DNA of 64,000 nt, taken from an uncultured delta proteobacterium (GTDB taxonomy: Bacteria; Myxococcota_A; Polyangia; Polyangiales; Polyangiaceae). Each line of letters opens with the position of its first letter. Position 1 is the first letter of the stretch. Positions 1-11,113 of this stretch are shown here, in pieces. Position numbers and translations under genes: made by a program. The DNA lies in assembly GCA_963782055.1 (NCBI GenBank), contig CAWAIF010000003.1, forward strand, positions 1,472,001 to 1,536,000. Reading direction: 5' to 3'. The notes under the pieces are model-generated. The model was given only the letters and a program-made list of their open reading frames with translations. It did no database searches and was not told where the DNA came from.

Positions 1-803
1 AAGTGCTCCTCGAACTCCAGGATGTTGCGCACGTCGGCGCCGCGCCACGCGTAGATGGCCTGGTCGTCGTCGCCCACCACGCACACGTTCCTGTGCTTCT
101 CCCCGAGCAGGCGGAGCAGCTCGAGCTGCGCGCGGTTGGTGTCCTGGTACTCGTCGACCAGCATGAAGCGGAAGCGATCCTGCCAGCGCTCGCGCACGTC
201 CGCGCGGTCCTTCCAGAGGCGCGCCACCTCGCACACCAGGTCGTCGAAGTCGTAGGCGCGGAAGGCGCGCAGCGCCGCCTGGTAGCGTGGGTAGACCTCC
301 CGCGTGATCTCGTCGTACGCGTCCTCCGAGTCCTTCTCGGCGAGCGCCTCCGGCGAGAGGAAGGCGTTCTTGGCCATCGAGATGCGCGCCAGCACCGCCG
401 GCACGTCGAAGCGCTTGCCGGCGTCGAGGTTGCGCATCGACTCCTTCACGACGCCCAGGCAGTCGCCCTGGTCGAAGATGGTGAAGGCGCCGCCCGTGGC
501 CTCCTTCTCGCGCGAGAGCACCTGCAGGCCGAAGGAGTGGAACGTGGAGATCACCAGCTCCTTCGCCGAGAACCTGCGCGCCTTGCCGATCTTCGCCACG
601 CGCTCCGCCATCTCCCCGGCGGCCTTGTTGGTGAAGGTGAGCGCGACGATCGCGCGGGCGGGCACGCCGCGTTCGACGAGGCGCGCGATGCGCTCGGTGA
701 TGACGCGTGTCTTGCCCGACCCGGCCCCGGCGAGGACGAGGAGCGGGCCCATCTGGTGCTCGACGGCGCGTTTCTGCGCGGGATTCAGCGCGACGGAGCT
801 CAT
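1..803 (-). CDS. UvrD/Rep/PcrA family SF1 DNA helicase, N-terminal part (runs off window start)
   Basis: Manual minus-strand translation from ATG 803: [39 protein letters not shown]...DEFQDTN...[20 protein letters not shown]; not in ORF track because no stop in window. Confidence 0.95.
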   Translation of the reverse strand, partial: MSSVALNPAQKRAVEHQMGPLLVLAGAGSGKTRVITERIARLVERGVPARAIVALTFTNKAAGEMAERVAKIGKARRFSAKELVISTFHSFGLQVLSREKEATGGAFTIFDQGDCLGVVKESMRNLDAGKRFDVPAVLARISMAKNAFLSPEALAEKDSEDAYDEITREVYPRYQAALRAFRAYDFDDLVCEVARLWKDRADVRERWQDRFRFMLVDEYQDTNRAQLELLRLLGEKHRNVCVVGDDDQAIYAWRGADVRNILEFEEH

Positions 804-893
804 GGTGCTGCCCGAGCCTTCAACCATGGCGGCGACGCGGGGGGAAGCTTGCTTTTTCGGGCGCGCTGCGCCTCGCGCGTCTATCCTCGCGCG

Positions 894-2837
894 ATGCGCC
901 GCCTGCTCCCCCTCGCCCTCGTCTCCGCACTCGCGTGTGGGGGCGCGCCCCCGCCGCCGGCGCAGCCCGTGCTGCTCCCCACGGCCACCGCCACGCAGAC
1001 GGTCGAGGCGCCCTCCGTCGACCTGTCGCCCGTCCCGGTGCCCGCGTCGCTGGCGGTCTACGCGCGGCTCTCCTCGCCGTCCCGTACGCTGGACATGCTC
1101 GGCACCTGGGTGGGCACCAGCCTGGATGGTCACGAGCCCCTCGCGGAGGCCATCGGTGAGCGGCTCGCCAAGCTCGCGGACATGACCGCGCCCATCGATC
1201 TGGCCGTGGTCTTTCACTCGCCCCTCCACGGCGACTCGGGCGGGGACATCGTGCTGAGCGTGCCGCTGCAATCGCTGGAGGACGCGAAGTCGGCGTTCGC
1301 CGGCAAGCTCGTCCCGCTGTCCAACGGCGCCTTCGAGATCCTGGGCGGCGCGGAGGAGGGCGAGGACGACGGTCCGTCGGGCCACCTGCACGCCTGCGCC
1401 ATCTCGCCGGCCGTCGGCGCGGCAGGGGCGCGGGCGCTCTGCTCCCGCCGCCCCGACGCCCGTGACGCCGTGATGCCGTACCTGGTGCGCACCGCGCCGC
1501 GCAAGACCTTCCCCTCCGACCTGCACGTCGAGGTCTTCGCCGCGCCCTTCACGTCCTTCTCCAGAGACAACCCCCGGATCATCCCGCAGATCGTGCACTC
1601 CATGGGCGGCTCCGATCCGGCCGTCCACGACGCCTTCACGTCGGCCTTCGCCGACCTCGTCGACACCCTCTCCGACCTGCGCTCGGTGAGCTTCGACGGA
1701 GCCGTCGACCCGGCGGCGGCGAGCGTGCAGCTTCAGGCGACCTTCCACGGGAGCAGCGGCCTGGTCACGCGCGTGCTGACCGGCCACCCCGAACGCGCCG
1801 AGGCGCTCCCCGCTGCCTTCCTGCGGCTGCCCTCGGACAGCGACCTCGCCGTCTTCGGTCACGGGATGGACGCCGACCAGCTCGCGCACCCGCGCGACAT
1901 CGCGACGAGGGCCTTCGACAACGGCCTGACCTACGCGAAGGAGCTCAAGCCTGCCGACCGCAAGGCCTTCGAGGACGCCTTCTCCCACACCGTGGACCTT
2001 CTGGCCTACCCCTTCGTCTACGCGCGCGGCGTGGACGTGGGGCCCGCGTCGCGGGCGCTGGCGAAGTGGCACGCGTCCCCCGGCGATGCGGCGAAGGAGC
2101 GCGCCGCGTACGCGCAGGTCGCCGGCTGGGACGTGTTCGGCACGCAGGCGCCGAAGGGCGCCGTCGCGCAGGCGGTCAAGCAGTGGCAGGCGGCGTTCCG
2201 GCGGCCGGCCACCCTGCGGTGGTTGAAGGCTCACGCGGGGCGAGGCGGCAAGCCGCCGGTGGTCAAGCTCGCGGCGGTGCCGTCCGGGCTGCCGGCGGGG
2301 ACCGTGCACCTGGAGGCGGACATCTACTCCACCCCGCCCGCGCCGCCGGCCCCGCCCCCGCGGGCGAACCGCGGGACCCGCAAGCCGGTGCGCCGCGCGC
2401 GGCCGGCGCCCACCCTCACCAGGCTCCACGTCCTGGTCGTGCCGGACGCCGACACGACGTGGGTCGTCAGCGCGCTCGACGACAAGCTCGCCGCGGCGCG
2501 CGCGCGCGCCATGCTCAAGCCGGCCGCCTCCGGCACGCTGGCCAGCCGCGGCGGCATCGAGGCGCTGCGCGGCGCGCGGCTCAACGCCGGAGGCCTGCTC
2601 ACCATGCGGGGCCTGGGCATGAAGACGCCCTTCGTCTGGGCGATGCTCGATCCCACCGACGAGCTGCAGGACGATCCCCTGCTCGGCATGTCCAGCGCGT
2701 CGCAGGGAAGCACGCTGCTGCCCTTCACCTACGTCGAGTCGGCGAAGGGCGGAGAGCGCTCCTTCACGATGGCGCTGCGGGTACCGCGGACCGCGCTGTC
2801 CGGGTTGATGAACGTGGGGCCACGGATCTTCCCGTAG
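894..2837 (+). CDS. Large hypothetical lipoprotein
   Basis: ATG 894 gives [17 protein letters not shown] lipobox and Pro-rich linker; the part of the 3..2837 ORF upstream of 894 is the antisense shadow of the helicase. Confidence 0.8.
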   Translation: MRRLLPLALVSALACGGAPPPPAQPVLLPTATATQTVEAPSVDLSPVPVPASLAVYARLSSPSRTLDMLGTWVGTSLDGHEPLAEAIGERLAKLADMTAPIDLAVVFHSPLHGDSGGDIVLSVPLQSLEDAKSAFAGKLVPLSNGAFEILGGAEEGEDDGPSGHLHACAISPAVGAAGARALCSRRPDARDAVMPYLVRTAPRKTFPSDLHVEVFAAPFTSFSRDNPRIIPQIVHSMGGSDPAVHDAFTSAFADLVDTLSDLRSVSFDGAVDPAAASVQLQATFHGSSGLVTRVLTGHPERAEALPAAFLRLPSDSDLAVFGHGMDADQLAHPRDIATRAFDNGLTYAKELKPADRKAFEDAFSHTVDLLAYPFVYARGVDVGPASRALAKWHASPGDAAKERAAYAQVAGWDVFGTQAPKGAVAQAVKQWQAAFRRPATLRWLKAHAGRGGKPPVVKLAAVPSGLPAGTVHLEADIYSTPPAPPAPPPRANRGTRKPVRRARPAPTLTRLHVLVVPDADTTWVVSALDDKLAAARARAMLKPAASGTLASRGGIEALRGARLNAGGLLTMRGLGMKTPFVWAMLDPTDELQDDPLLGMSSASQGSTLLPFTYVESAKGGERSFTMALRVPRTALSGLMNVGPRIFP

Positions 2838-2995
2838 AGCGGGTGCGCGCGTGGAGGTGGGTGAGGCACCGGGCGCGCTGAGCGGTGCGATCGTCCTTGT
2901 GCCCGGCCCCGAACGACGCGATACCCGGACGCGGACCCGATCGTGAGGCAACAGTGGGAGAGTCAGAGGCGCGCGACGTCGCGCGGGGCGCGACG

Positions 2996-3445
2996 GTGAC
3001 CGAGCTCCAGGAAGACGAGGGCGGTCACCCGCTCCGGAGCATCGTCGCGGTGATCGGCGGCATCTTCGTCGGGGCCGTCTGCACCATCGGGACCGATGGC
3101 GTGCTCCGTGCCATCCACGTGTATCCGTCCGCCGGCGCGTCGATGACCGCCGGGCTCTTCGTCCTGGCGGCCGGCCATCGAGCGGTGTGGGCGGTCCTCG
3201 CGAGCCTCGTCGCCGGGCGCATCGGCCGCCCGAGGCCGATGCTCCACGCGATGATCGTGGGCGGCCTCAACCTGCTGGTGAACGCGGCGGGCACCCTCGC
3301 GACGTGGCACAAGGGGCCCGAGTTCGGGCCGAAGTGGTACCCGATCCTGCTCACGGCGCTCGCCTTGCCCTGCGCGTGGGTGGGCGGGCGCCTCGCCGCG
3401 CGCGGGTCCAGCGTCCGCGTTCCATCGGGCGGCAGTACGCTATAG
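2996..3445 (+). CDS. Small multi-pass membrane protein
   Basis: About four hydrophobic segments ([14 protein letters not shown]...[20 protein letters not shown]); start codon uncertain. Confidence 0.7.
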   Translation: MTELQEDEGGHPLRSIVAVIGGIFVGAVCTIGTDGVLRAIHVYPSAGASMTAGLFVLAAGHRAVWAVLASLVAGRIGRPRPMLHAMIVGGLNLLVNAAGTLATWHKGPEFGPKWYPILLTALALPCAWVGGRLAARGSSVRVPSGGSTL

Positions 3446-3455
3446 AGTCGCTCGG

Positions 3456-4064
3456 ATGGGGTTGGTGCGCGCCCTGCTTCGAGGCATGCTCCTCGCCGCG
3501 AGCGCGTCCGCGTGCGGCTGTGCCGTCTTCGGCAGCGCGACCGCCGGCTACGGCCACGCGTTCGCCCAGGCGCCGGAGCGGAGCACCTTCACGACCAACG
3601 TCTACGCCGGCTATGGACCGGGCACCGGCGAACCGGGCGGGACGGGGCTGGGGTTCGGCGACGCCGTCGGCCTGCGAACGAAGTGGAGCGACGCCGTCCA
3701 GCAGGTCTCCATCTCCGACTCGCTCTTCTTTCTCTACGGCTTCGGGCTCGACGGCTCCGGAAACCCGGCGATCGGCCTGTTCGCGAACGCGGGGGCGGCG
3801 CTCTTCACGTTCGAGGAGGTGGCCGGGGAGTCGTCCGCCTCGCTCGCGAGTCCGTTCGCCGAGCTCGGCACCTTCTTTCGCGTACTGGACGAGTGGGGGA
3901 TCACGGCGAGCGTCGGCATCGAGGACGACATCCGCTTCACCGACTTGCCCAGCACCGGGTACCTGACCTTCGCGCTCGGCGTCGGCGTGATGTCGTTCGT
4001 CGAGTTGGATCTGCGCCGTCCCCCACCAGGGGCACGGCACGCGTACACCGGCGATCGCCGGTAG
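3456..4064 (+). CDS. Hypothetical exported/lipoprotein, possible beta-barrel
   Basis: Signal with ACGC; alternating Gly/aromatic strands ending GYLTFALGVGV. Confidence 0.6.
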   Translation: MGLVRALLRGMLLAASASACGCAVFGSATAGYGHAFAQAPERSTFTTNVYAGYGPGTGEPGGTGLGFGDAVGLRTKWSDAVQQVSISDSLFFLYGFGLDGSGNPAIGLFANAGAALFTFEEVAGESSASLASPFAELGTFFRVLDEWGITASVGIEDDIRFTDLPSTGYLTFALGVGVMSFVELDLRRPPPGARHAYTGDRR

Positions 4065-4098
4065 AGGCACTCCAGCCCGCGCGGACGCGGGCGCCGGA

Positions 4099-5394
4099 TC
4101 ACTCCACGACCAGGCCAGGCCACACGGCGACTCGCGCGCCGAGTCGGGAGGTGATCATGAAGGCGTGCGCGCCGCCGACCAGCGAGGCGCCCGTGACGGT
4201 GATGGTGAGCTGGAGCTTGTCGCCGTTGTGGCCCTGCGTGCGGTCCCAGGCGAAGTCGAGGGTCGGCTTGAGCCCGTACGAGCCGTAGTACGCCGAGAGC
4301 ACGTCGGCGGCGCTGACCGTCCACGGGCCGCCGGTGTCGCCGTCGCTGAACAGGTCGACCTCTATCGTCTTGCTCGCGCCCCGGGCGATGGTCACGCCCT
4401 TGGTCGTGACGTCGCCGGTGAGGGTCGACGTGAAGCTGACGGTCTCGTCGAGCACCGGCGCGCTGTCGAAGAAGGGGCCCGCGATCGCCGGCACGCATGG
4501 GTCGTGGCTCGCCGCGGCGGCCAGGTTGGACCACGTGCGCTGCACGCGCTGGCCGACGTCCGGCGGGGTGACGTAGACGGCCGGACCCTCGGGGTCGCAC
4601 ATGTCACCGGCCTCCCCGCCGCCGAGCAGGGCCCACACCGCGTGGTCGCCGTCCGGCCCGTAGAACGCCGACGTCGGGCCGGCGGCGAGCGTGAAGGTGC
4701 CGCCGGAGGTCACCTGCGGGTCCGTCGCCGCCTCCACCCACTCGTGGCTGATCGTGGAGGTGACGGTGGCCAGCGCCCCGCACGTGGGGATCACCGCGTA
4801 GGCGAAGTCGGTGGTCCCGGCGTCGTCCAGGGCGAGGTCCACGTTGTCGTGGTAGCCGAGGAAGGCCACGCAGCTGTTGACCGTCCCGAAGATGGATCCG
4901 ACGGGGTTCGGCTCGGTCACGGTCGTCGTCTTCGGAAGGACGATCGTGTAGATGGCCTGCGGGTCGGGCGTACCGAACGCGCCGCTCTGGATCTCGGCGC
5001 CGACCCACGTCTGCATGTCCGCCTGCGAGATGGTCGTCGGCGGCGTCTCCCCGGTCAGGTCGATGGTGCCGGCGTACGCGAGCGCGCCCACGCCGTACTC
5101 GGCAGTCGTGGCGGACCAGTAGGTGCTCTTCGCCATCGACTGCGCGAACGCCTGCAGTGGCTGCTCCGACGCGTAGCCCGGGTAAAAGACGAGGACCACT
5201 CGCGGAGAGGTGAGCACGGGGCCCTTCGATGCGTTGACAATCTGGGGCAGCGGCGGGTGTGGCGCGGGGTAGCCCACCTCCGGCGGGGAGTCGGGGCCGG
5301 CGTCCGCCATGCCGGCGTCGTCGCCGGTGGGTTGCACGCTGCTGCCGCAGCCGAGAGCGAGCACGAGGCACCAGGCGACGGTGTGTGGATGCAT
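4099..5394 (-). CDS. Lipoprotein with HExxE (HEWVEAATDP...GEAGDMC) motif, Phi-1/EXORDIUM-like
   Basis: Lipobox LALGC; conserved SHExxEAATDP and ExGDxC motifs. Confidence 0.75.
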   Translation of the reverse strand: MHPHTVAWCLVLALGCGSSVQPTGDDAGMADAGPDSPPEVGYPAPHPPLPQIVNASKGPVLTSPRVVLVFYPGYASEQPLQAFAQSMAKSTYWSATTAEYGVGALAYAGTIDLTGETPPTTISQADMQTWVGAEIQSGAFGTPDPQAIYTIVLPKTTTVTEPNPVGSIFGTVNSCVAFLGYHDNVDLALDDAGTTDFAYAVIPTCGALATVTSTISHEWVEAATDPQVTSGGTFTLAAGPTSAFYGPDGDHAVWALLGGGEAGDMCDPEGPAVYVTPPDVGQRVQRTWSNLAAAASHDPCVPAIAGPFFDSAPVLDETVSFTSTLTGDVTTKGVTIARGASKTIEVDLFSDGDTGGPWTVSAADVLSAYYGSYGLKPTLDFAWDRTQGHNGDKLQLTITVTGASLVGGAHAFMITSRLGARVAVWPGLVVE

Positions 5395-5471
5395 GCGGAC
5401 CTCTCCCCGTAAAGGAACATAGCACCCCGCGGGGGTGGGACCGTCGCGCGGCCTCGTGGTATGCGCTGGGC

Positions 5472-6278
5472 GTGCGGGTCGCGGTCGTCGGACATCTGGA
5501 GTGGGTCGAGTTCCTGCGCCTCGCGCGGGTCCCGCGCGCGGGGGAGATCGTGCAGGCCGAGCCCGGCGTCGCGGTCGCCGCGGGCGGAGGCGCGGTGGCC
5601 GCCGTGGCGCTGGCGCGCTTCGGCGCCGAGACGCTCTTCTTCACCGCGCTCGGTGACGACCCGCTCGGCCATCGCGCCGAACAGGAGCTGGCCGCGCGTG
5701 GCGTCCAGGTCCGCGCGGTGTTTCGCGATGAGCCGCAGCGCCGCGCCATCACCTTCGTCGACGCCTCGAGGGAGCGCACGATCGTGACGGTCGGGGACCG
5801 GCTCGTACCCCGCGCCGGCGATCCGGTGCCCTGGGAGGAGCTCGAGCGGTGCGAGGCGGTGTACGTCACGGCAGGCGACGCGGCGGCGGTGCGCCTCGCC
5901 CGCCGCGCGCGCGTCGTCGTCGGCACCTCGCGGGTGCTGCCCTTGCTGCGTGAGGCGCGTGTGGCGCTCGACGCGCTCGTCGGCAGCGCGAACGACCCGG
6001 CGGAGCGCTTCGTGTCGGGCGATCTCGACCCCGCGCCGCGCCTCGTCGTGCGCACCGACGGGGCGCGCGGCGGCGAATGGGTCGTGCCCGACGGCTCCTC
6101 GCATCGCTGGGCCGCGGTGCCCGCCGGCGCCTCCGGCGACGCCTACGGGGCGGGCGACACCTTCGCCGCCGCGCTGACGCTCGCGCTCGGACAGCGAAGG
6201 TCGCCGGCGGACGCGGTCGCCTTCGCGGCGGCGCGGGCAGCGGAGGTGGTCGCGTTCGAGGGACCGTACCCGCCCTGA
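5472..6278 (+). CDS. PfkB/ribokinase family carbohydrate kinase
   Basis: VRVAVVGH start, AGGGAVAA, C-terminal DAYGAGDTF signature. Confidence 0.9.
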   Translation: MRVAVVGHLEWVEFLRLARVPRAGEIVQAEPGVAVAAGGGAVAAVALARFGAETLFFTALGDDPLGHRAEQELAARGVQVRAVFRDEPQRRAITFVDASRERTIVTVGDRLVPRAGDPVPWEELERCEAVYVTAGDAAAVRLARRARVVVGTSRVLPLLREARVALDALVGSANDPAERFVSGDLDPAPRLVVRTDGARGGEWVVPDGSSHRWAAVPAGASGDAYGAGDTFAAALTLALGQRRSPADAVAFAAARAAEVVAFEGPYPP

Positions 6279-6309
6279 TGTGTGCGACCGGTCGTGTTAC
6301 GCTATCGCG

Positions 6310-6534
6310 ATGACCCTCTCGGTTTGCAAGTGCGGCAAGCACGTTCGCGTGACGGACTCGACCTGCCCGTTCTGCGGCGCCCGGCGCGGCGCGGCGCGCA
6401 TCTCACGCGCGCTGCTCTTCGCGGGCATCGCGGCGACGAGCGCCGCGTCGGTCGCGTGCTACGGCGGCCCGGTCCCGCCGCCGCGGAGTGCGCCGCCCCC
6501 CGCGTCGTCCGGAAGCGGCAGCTCGACTCCGTGA
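6310..6534 (+). CDS. Small Cys-rich protein (CxC..HVR..CPFC, hydrophobic segment, CYGGP)
   Basis: MTLSVCKCGKHVRVTDSTCPFCG...SVACYGGPVPPP. Confidence 0.65.
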   Translation: MTLSVCKCGKHVRVTDSTCPFCGARRGAARISRALLFAGIAATSAASVACYGGPVPPPRSAPPPASSGSGSSTP

Positions 6535-6559
6535 CGGGCGCCGTCGCGCGGCCCCGTCG

Positions 6560-8002
6560 CTACCCCTCCGCCACGCTCGACAGCGGCTCGGCGATCTCCT
6601 CCAGCGACCTCCTCTCGGCCTTCACCCCCAGGACCGCCCCCACCGCCGCCGCGACGAGCATCAGCCCTGCGCCCACGGCGTACCCGTAGAACAGGTGCAT
6701 CGGGTCCTTCGTCCCGACGAGCCACCCGAAGAACGCCGGCGCGCCCAGGCCGCCAACGCCCGTCCCCACCGCGTAGAAGAGGGCGATCGCCATGGCGCGG
6801 ATCTCCACCGGGAAGAGCTCGCTCACGGTGAGGTACGCCGAGCTCGCCGCGGCCGACCCGAAGAAGAAGATCCCCGACCAGAGCAGCGTCTGCGTCGTGG
6901 CGTTCAGCGATCCGTGCACGAAGAGCACGCCCGACCCCAGCAGCAGCACGCCGGACGCCGCGTAGGTGGTGACGATCATCGCCTTGCGCCCCACCGCGTC
7001 GAAGGCGCGCCCGAGTACCAGCGGACCGAGGAAGTTCCCCACGGCGAAGGGCAGCAGGTACAGCCCGACGCGCTCCGGTCGCACCGAGAAGAACTGGGTG
7101 AGGATGAGCGAGTAGCTGAAGAAGATGGAGTTGTAGAAGAAGGCCTGCGCCACCATGAGGGTGAGGCCGAGCACCGCCCGCGCGCGGTACTGCGAGAGGA
7201 TCACCCGTGCGACGCGCTTGAAGCCGGTGCGCACGCCGACCTCGATGTGGATGTGGCCGCGCGGCTCCGCGAGCGGCTCGGGGTGGTGGCGCGCGACGAT
7301 GGTCTCGATGTCGCCGACGATGCCCTCCGCCTCCTTCTCCCGGCCGTGCAACAGGAGCCATCGCGGGCTCTCCGGCACGAAGCGGCGCACCAGGACCACC
7401 GCGAAGGCGAGCACCGCGCCCATGGCGAAGGCGAGGCGCCAGCCCAGCCAGCGCGGAAAGAAGCGCGGGTCGAGGAGCACCGTGCTGGCCGCGGCGCCCG
7501 CCGCGGTGCCGACCCAGTAGCTCCCGTTGATGGCGAGGTCCGCGTGGCCGCGCACCCGCGCGGGCAGGAGCTCGTCGATCGCCGAGTTGATGGCGGCGTA
7601 CTCCCCGCCGATGGCCGTGCCGGTCATCACGCGGAAGACGGCGAACGACGCGAAGTTCCACGCCATCGCCGTCAGCAAGGTCGACACGAGATAGATGGCG
7701 AGCGTCACCAGAAAGAGGCGCTTGCGCCCGAGCCGATCGGTGAGGTGGCCGAAGACCAGCGCCCCCGCGATGGCCCCCATGATGTACATGCTGCCCGCGA
7801 GCCCCACCTGGTCGCTGGTGAGCCGCAGCGTGTCCCCCCGCTCCAGGACGCTGCCGATCGCGCCGACGATCGTCACCTCCAGGCCGTCCAGGATCCAGGT
7901 GATCCCCAAAGACACCACCACGAACCAGTGCCAGCGCGACCACGGCAGGCGGTCCAGCCTCGCGGGGATGTTGCTCGTCACGCGACGCGGCTGGCCGTCC
8001 AT
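6560..8002 (-). CDS. MFS transporter (sugar/aromatic acid porter-like)
   Basis: RLDRLPW start, motif A GHLTDRLGRKR, GGEYAA, SELFPVEIRA; ~12 TM segments. Confidence 0.95.
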   Translation of the reverse strand: MDGQPRRVTSNIPARLDRLPWSRWHWFVVVSLGITWILDGLEVTIVGAIGSVLERGDTLRLTSDQVGLAGSMYIMGAIAGALVFGHLTDRLGRKRLFLVTLAIYLVSTLLTAMAWNFASFAVFRVMTGTAIGGEYAAINSAIDELLPARVRGHADLAINGSYWVGTAAGAAASTVLLDPRFFPRWLGWRLAFAMGAVLAFAVVLVRRFVPESPRWLLLHGREKEAEGIVGDIETIVARHHPEPLAEPRGHIHIEVGVRTGFKRVARVILSQYRARAVLGLTLMVAQAFFYNSIFFSYSLILTQFFSVRPERVGLYLLPFAVGNFLGPLVLGRAFDAVGRKAMIVTTYAASGVLLLGSGVLFVHGSLNATTQTLLWSGIFFFGSAAASSAYLTVSELFPVEIRAMAIALFYAVGTGVGGLGAPAFFGWLVGTKDPMHLFYGYAVGAGLMLVAAAVGAVLGVKAERRSLEEIAEPLSSVAEG

Positions 8003-8077
8003 CCGTCGATACTACGCATCGAGGCGCGCGACGCACGGCCCACGGTGAGCGCTGGTATAGTGGCACACGGAGGCCCC

Positions 8078-9469
8078 TTGCGAAGGACGCACCCCACAGC
8101 TCGCCGGTTCGTCTGTGCCGCGCTGGCGCTCGCCGCGGTCGTCGCGTCGTCGTCCGCCGCCGCCGCCACCCTGCAGGCCGGCCCGACGCGCACCTACAAG
8201 ACGCCGTGCGCGGCCATCGCCGCCGCCAAGGCCGGCGACGTGATCGAGGTGGACGCCGGCCGCTACGACGGTGACACCTGCGCGTGGTCGACGGACGACC
8301 TGACCGTCCGCGCCGTCGGCGGCCGCGCCAAGATCGACGACACCAAGGTCGCGGTGTCGCAGAAGAAGGGGATCTTCGTCATCACCGCGCCGAATGCCAC
8401 CGTCGAGGGCTTCGAGCTCTCCGGCGCGGCCATCTCGGCGGCCGACGGCAACAACGGCGCGGGCATTCGCCATCAGGGCCAGAACCTCACCGTGCGTGAC
8501 TGCTACTTCCACGACGACCAGGACGGCATCCTGGGTGCGCCGCCGGCGGACGGGCAGGGGACCGTGATCATCGAGCGCTCCGAGTTCTCCCACAACGGCG
8601 CGGGCGACGGGTACTCGCACAACATGTACCTGAACCACTACGCGAGCTTCACCCTCCGGTACTCGTACTCCCACGACGCCAACGTGGGGCACCTGGTCAA
8701 GACGCGCGCCCACCAGAACTTCATCCTCTACAACCGCCTCACCGACGAGACCGGCGGCAAGGCGAGCTACGAGCTGGACGTCCCGAGCGCCGGCAAGACG
8801 TACGTGATCGGCAACGTCATCGAGCAGGCGTCCACCACGCAGAACCCGAACATCGTCTCGTACGGCGAGGAGGGCGGCACCCTCAACCCCGACACGCACC
8901 TCTTCTTCGTCGGCAACACCGTGCTCAACGACGACGCCAAGGGCACCTTCGTCGTCGTGGCGCCCAGCACGCCGGCCTTCTTCGCCGACAACATCTTCTC
9001 CGGCCCGGGCACGGTCACCTCGCAAAAGTCCGCGGTGCAGAAGAACGATTTCGACGACTCGATGGGCGACCCCATGTTCGTCGATCGCGCGAGCTTTGAC
9101 GTGCACCTCGCCGCCGGCTCCCCGTGCATCGACCAGGGGGCGGACCCCGGGAGCGACGGCGCCCAGTCGCTGATGCCGGACCACGAGTACGTCCACCCCC
9201 TCTCGGAGGAAGCGCGCGGCGTCGTCGGCGCGGCGATCGACATCGGTGCTTACGAGTACGGCAACACGCCCGACGCGGGCGCGCCGGGCGCCGACGGTGG
9301 GGGGCCGGGGAGCGACGGGGGCGCCGTCGGCCCCGACGGCGGCGTGGTGGGCGACGGCGGCGCGGGCGGCTGCGGCTGCGTGGTCGGCGCCCCGGCGGGC
9401 GGTGCCCTCGCGTGGCTCGGCGTGCTCACCGCCGCGGCCGCGCTCGCCGCCCGTCGCCGTCGCGGCTGA
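8078..9469 (+). CDS. Secreted right-handed beta-helix protein with MYXO-CTERM anchor
   Basis: GGAGG then TTG 8078; signal peptide; GNNGAGIR, HNMY, IDIGAYEY; C-terminal GGCGC-TM-RRRR. Confidence 0.85.
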   Translation: MRRTHPTARRFVCAALALAAVVASSSAAAATLQAGPTRTYKTPCAAIAAAKAGDVIEVDAGRYDGDTCAWSTDDLTVRAVGGRAKIDDTKVAVSQKKGIFVITAPNATVEGFELSGAAISAADGNNGAGIRHQGQNLTVRDCYFHDDQDGILGAPPADGQGTVIIERSEFSHNGAGDGYSHNMYLNHYASFTLRYSYSHDANVGHLVKTRAHQNFILYNRLTDETGGKASYELDVPSAGKTYVIGNVIEQASTTQNPNIVSYGEEGGTLNPDTHLFFVGNTVLNDDAKGTFVVVAPSTPAFFADNIFSGPGTVTSQKSAVQKNDFDDSMGDPMFVDRASFDVHLAAGSPCIDQGADPGSDGAQSLMPDHEYVHPLSEEARGVVGAAIDIGAYEYGNTPDAGAPGADGGGPGSDGGAVGPDGGVVGDGGAGGCGCVVGAPAGGALAWLGVLTAAAALAARRRRG

Positions 9470-9470
9470 T

Positions 9471-10982
9471 CTACGGGGCCTCGGCCGGCGAGGTCGGCGT
9501 CGACGGACTCCACGGGAAGTCGAGGCGCATCGTCGTGCCCTCCGCCGAGGTGGTCTCCACCTCCAGCTCGCCGCCGAGCGTGTGGACCAGGCCGAGGGAG
9601 ACGGCGAGGCCCAGCCCGGTGCCGACGTGGCGCGGTCGCGTGGAGAAGAAGGGCTCGAAGAGACGCTGGCGCACCTCCTCGCCGATGCCTGTGCCGTCGT
9701 CGCGAACGCGCATCACCACCCTGTCGCCGTCGCGCTCGGCGCGGATGGCGATGAAGCCGCGCCGACCGGCCGCCTCCGGGCCCAGCTTGGTGCGGGCCTC
9801 GGTCACGGCCTGCGCGGCGTTGGTGAAGAGGTTGACGAGCACCTGCTCGAGGAGGGCGGCGTTGCCCCGCACGTGCAGGTCCACCGGCACTGTCACGTCG
9901 ATCTGGATCGCCTCGTCGCGGCCGGACCGGGAAGAGGAGAGGGCCACCGCCACCGCGTCGGCGACGCGCACCGGCGTCACGGTCTGCGCGCCCTCGGCCA
10001 CGCGGCCGGCGTCCAGGAGCTGCCGCACGATGCGGGCGATGCGCGCGATGGCCGCGAGTGACTCCTCCACGCAGTCCCGGGCGTCCGCCGGCATCTCGCC
10101 GCGCTCCAGGAAGGACTGCAGGTACTCCAGGTTCGCCAGGACGGCGGCGGCGGGGTTGTTCACCTCGTGCGCGACGCCTGCGGCGAGTCGTCCGATGGCC
10201 GCGAGCTTCTCGTTGCGCATCGAGGCCGTCTGCACCGCGGCGAGCTCGCGCGTGCGCTCCTCCACCAGGTGCTCGAGCTGCCTGGACAGGGCGTCCAGCT
10301 CGCGAGCGTCCTGCACGAAGCGGCGGGCGCCGATGCTGCCGACCGACACCACCAGGACGAGGAACCCCGCGTCGACGAGGTAGATGCCGTCGTAGACGCC
10401 CATGCCGACGAGGGTGTCGTTGATCGCCGTGCCCACCAGAAAGGCGAGCCCAACGGCCTGCGGGGCGGCGTACTGCACCCCGGCCTTCCACTCGCGAACG
10501 TAGTGGATCAGCGGGACGAGCAGCGCGCCCACCGCGATGAAGAAGACGAGCACCCCCAGGCCGGTGGGCACCGCATCCGCGAGCGTCATGCCCAGCCACG
10601 GGACGGCGTGCACCCGCACGCCCGGCGCCACCACGAGGTCAGGCACCAGGGAGGCGACGCCCGCCCCGAGTGCGGTGTAGCCCACGACGCGCTCCAGGCG
10701 GGTGTTGGGCCTGGAGGCCGAGGCGGCGAGGTAGCGGATCCAGGCGAAGCCGTGCAGCCCCGCCACCGCCAGGCAGATCCGGGATCCCCAGGCGATGAGG
10801 AGGGGATCGTGAGTCGCCGGCGGGAGGATGTCGGTGCACGCGTACACGGCGGCGGTGCCGGCGATGAGCGCGAACCAGCGGAGCTGCTTCCAGCCCGGCG
10901 CCGCGGCGGCGAGGAGGGTCAGCAGGGTGAAGAGCGTGCTCACCACCGCCGACACGACCGGGAGTGCCAAATCGAGGCGCAT
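9471..10982 (-). CDS. Membrane-bound sensor histidine kinase
   Basis: Multi-TM N-terminus; AHEVNNP H-box, NLFTNA, DDGTG, FEPFFST, GTGLGL. Confidence 0.95.
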   Translation of the reverse strand: MRLDLALPVVSAVVSTLFTLLTLLAAAAPGWKQLRWFALIAGTAAVYACTDILPPATHDPLLIAWGSRICLAVAGLHGFAWIRYLAASASRPNTRLERVVGYTALGAGVASLVPDLVVAPGVRVHAVPWLGMTLADAVPTGLGVLVFFIAVGALLVPLIHYVREWKAGVQYAAPQAVGLAFLVGTAINDTLVGMGVYDGIYLVDAGFLVLVVSVGSIGARRFVQDARELDALSRQLEHLVEERTRELAAVQTASMRNEKLAAIGRLAAGVAHEVNNPAAAVLANLEYLQSFLERGEMPADARDCVEESLAAIARIARIVRQLLDAGRVAEGAQTVTPVRVADAVAVALSSSRSGRDEAIQIDVTVPVDLHVRGNAALLEQVLVNLFTNAAQAVTEARTKLGPEAAGRRGFIAIRAERDGDRVVMRVRDDGTGIGEEVRQRLFEPFFSTRPRHVGTGLGLAVSLGLVHTLGGELEVETTSAEGTTMRLDFPWSPSTPTSPAEAP

Positions 10983-11113
10983 CCATGACCCATACGGCTC
11001 GGTGCCGGCGCGCCCTTAGGCGTCCCGATCGCCGAAGCCCGCGAAATCCGACCGGGGCGGGGTGCCCGCGGCGGGCCGAGTTGACGCGCAAACGGCGCGT
11101 CAACCGAGCGTCC

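Noticed and set aside
3..893. N-terminal part of the 944-aa plus-strand ORF
   Set aside because: Antisense shadow of the UvrD/Rep helicase; the real lipoprotein starts at 894
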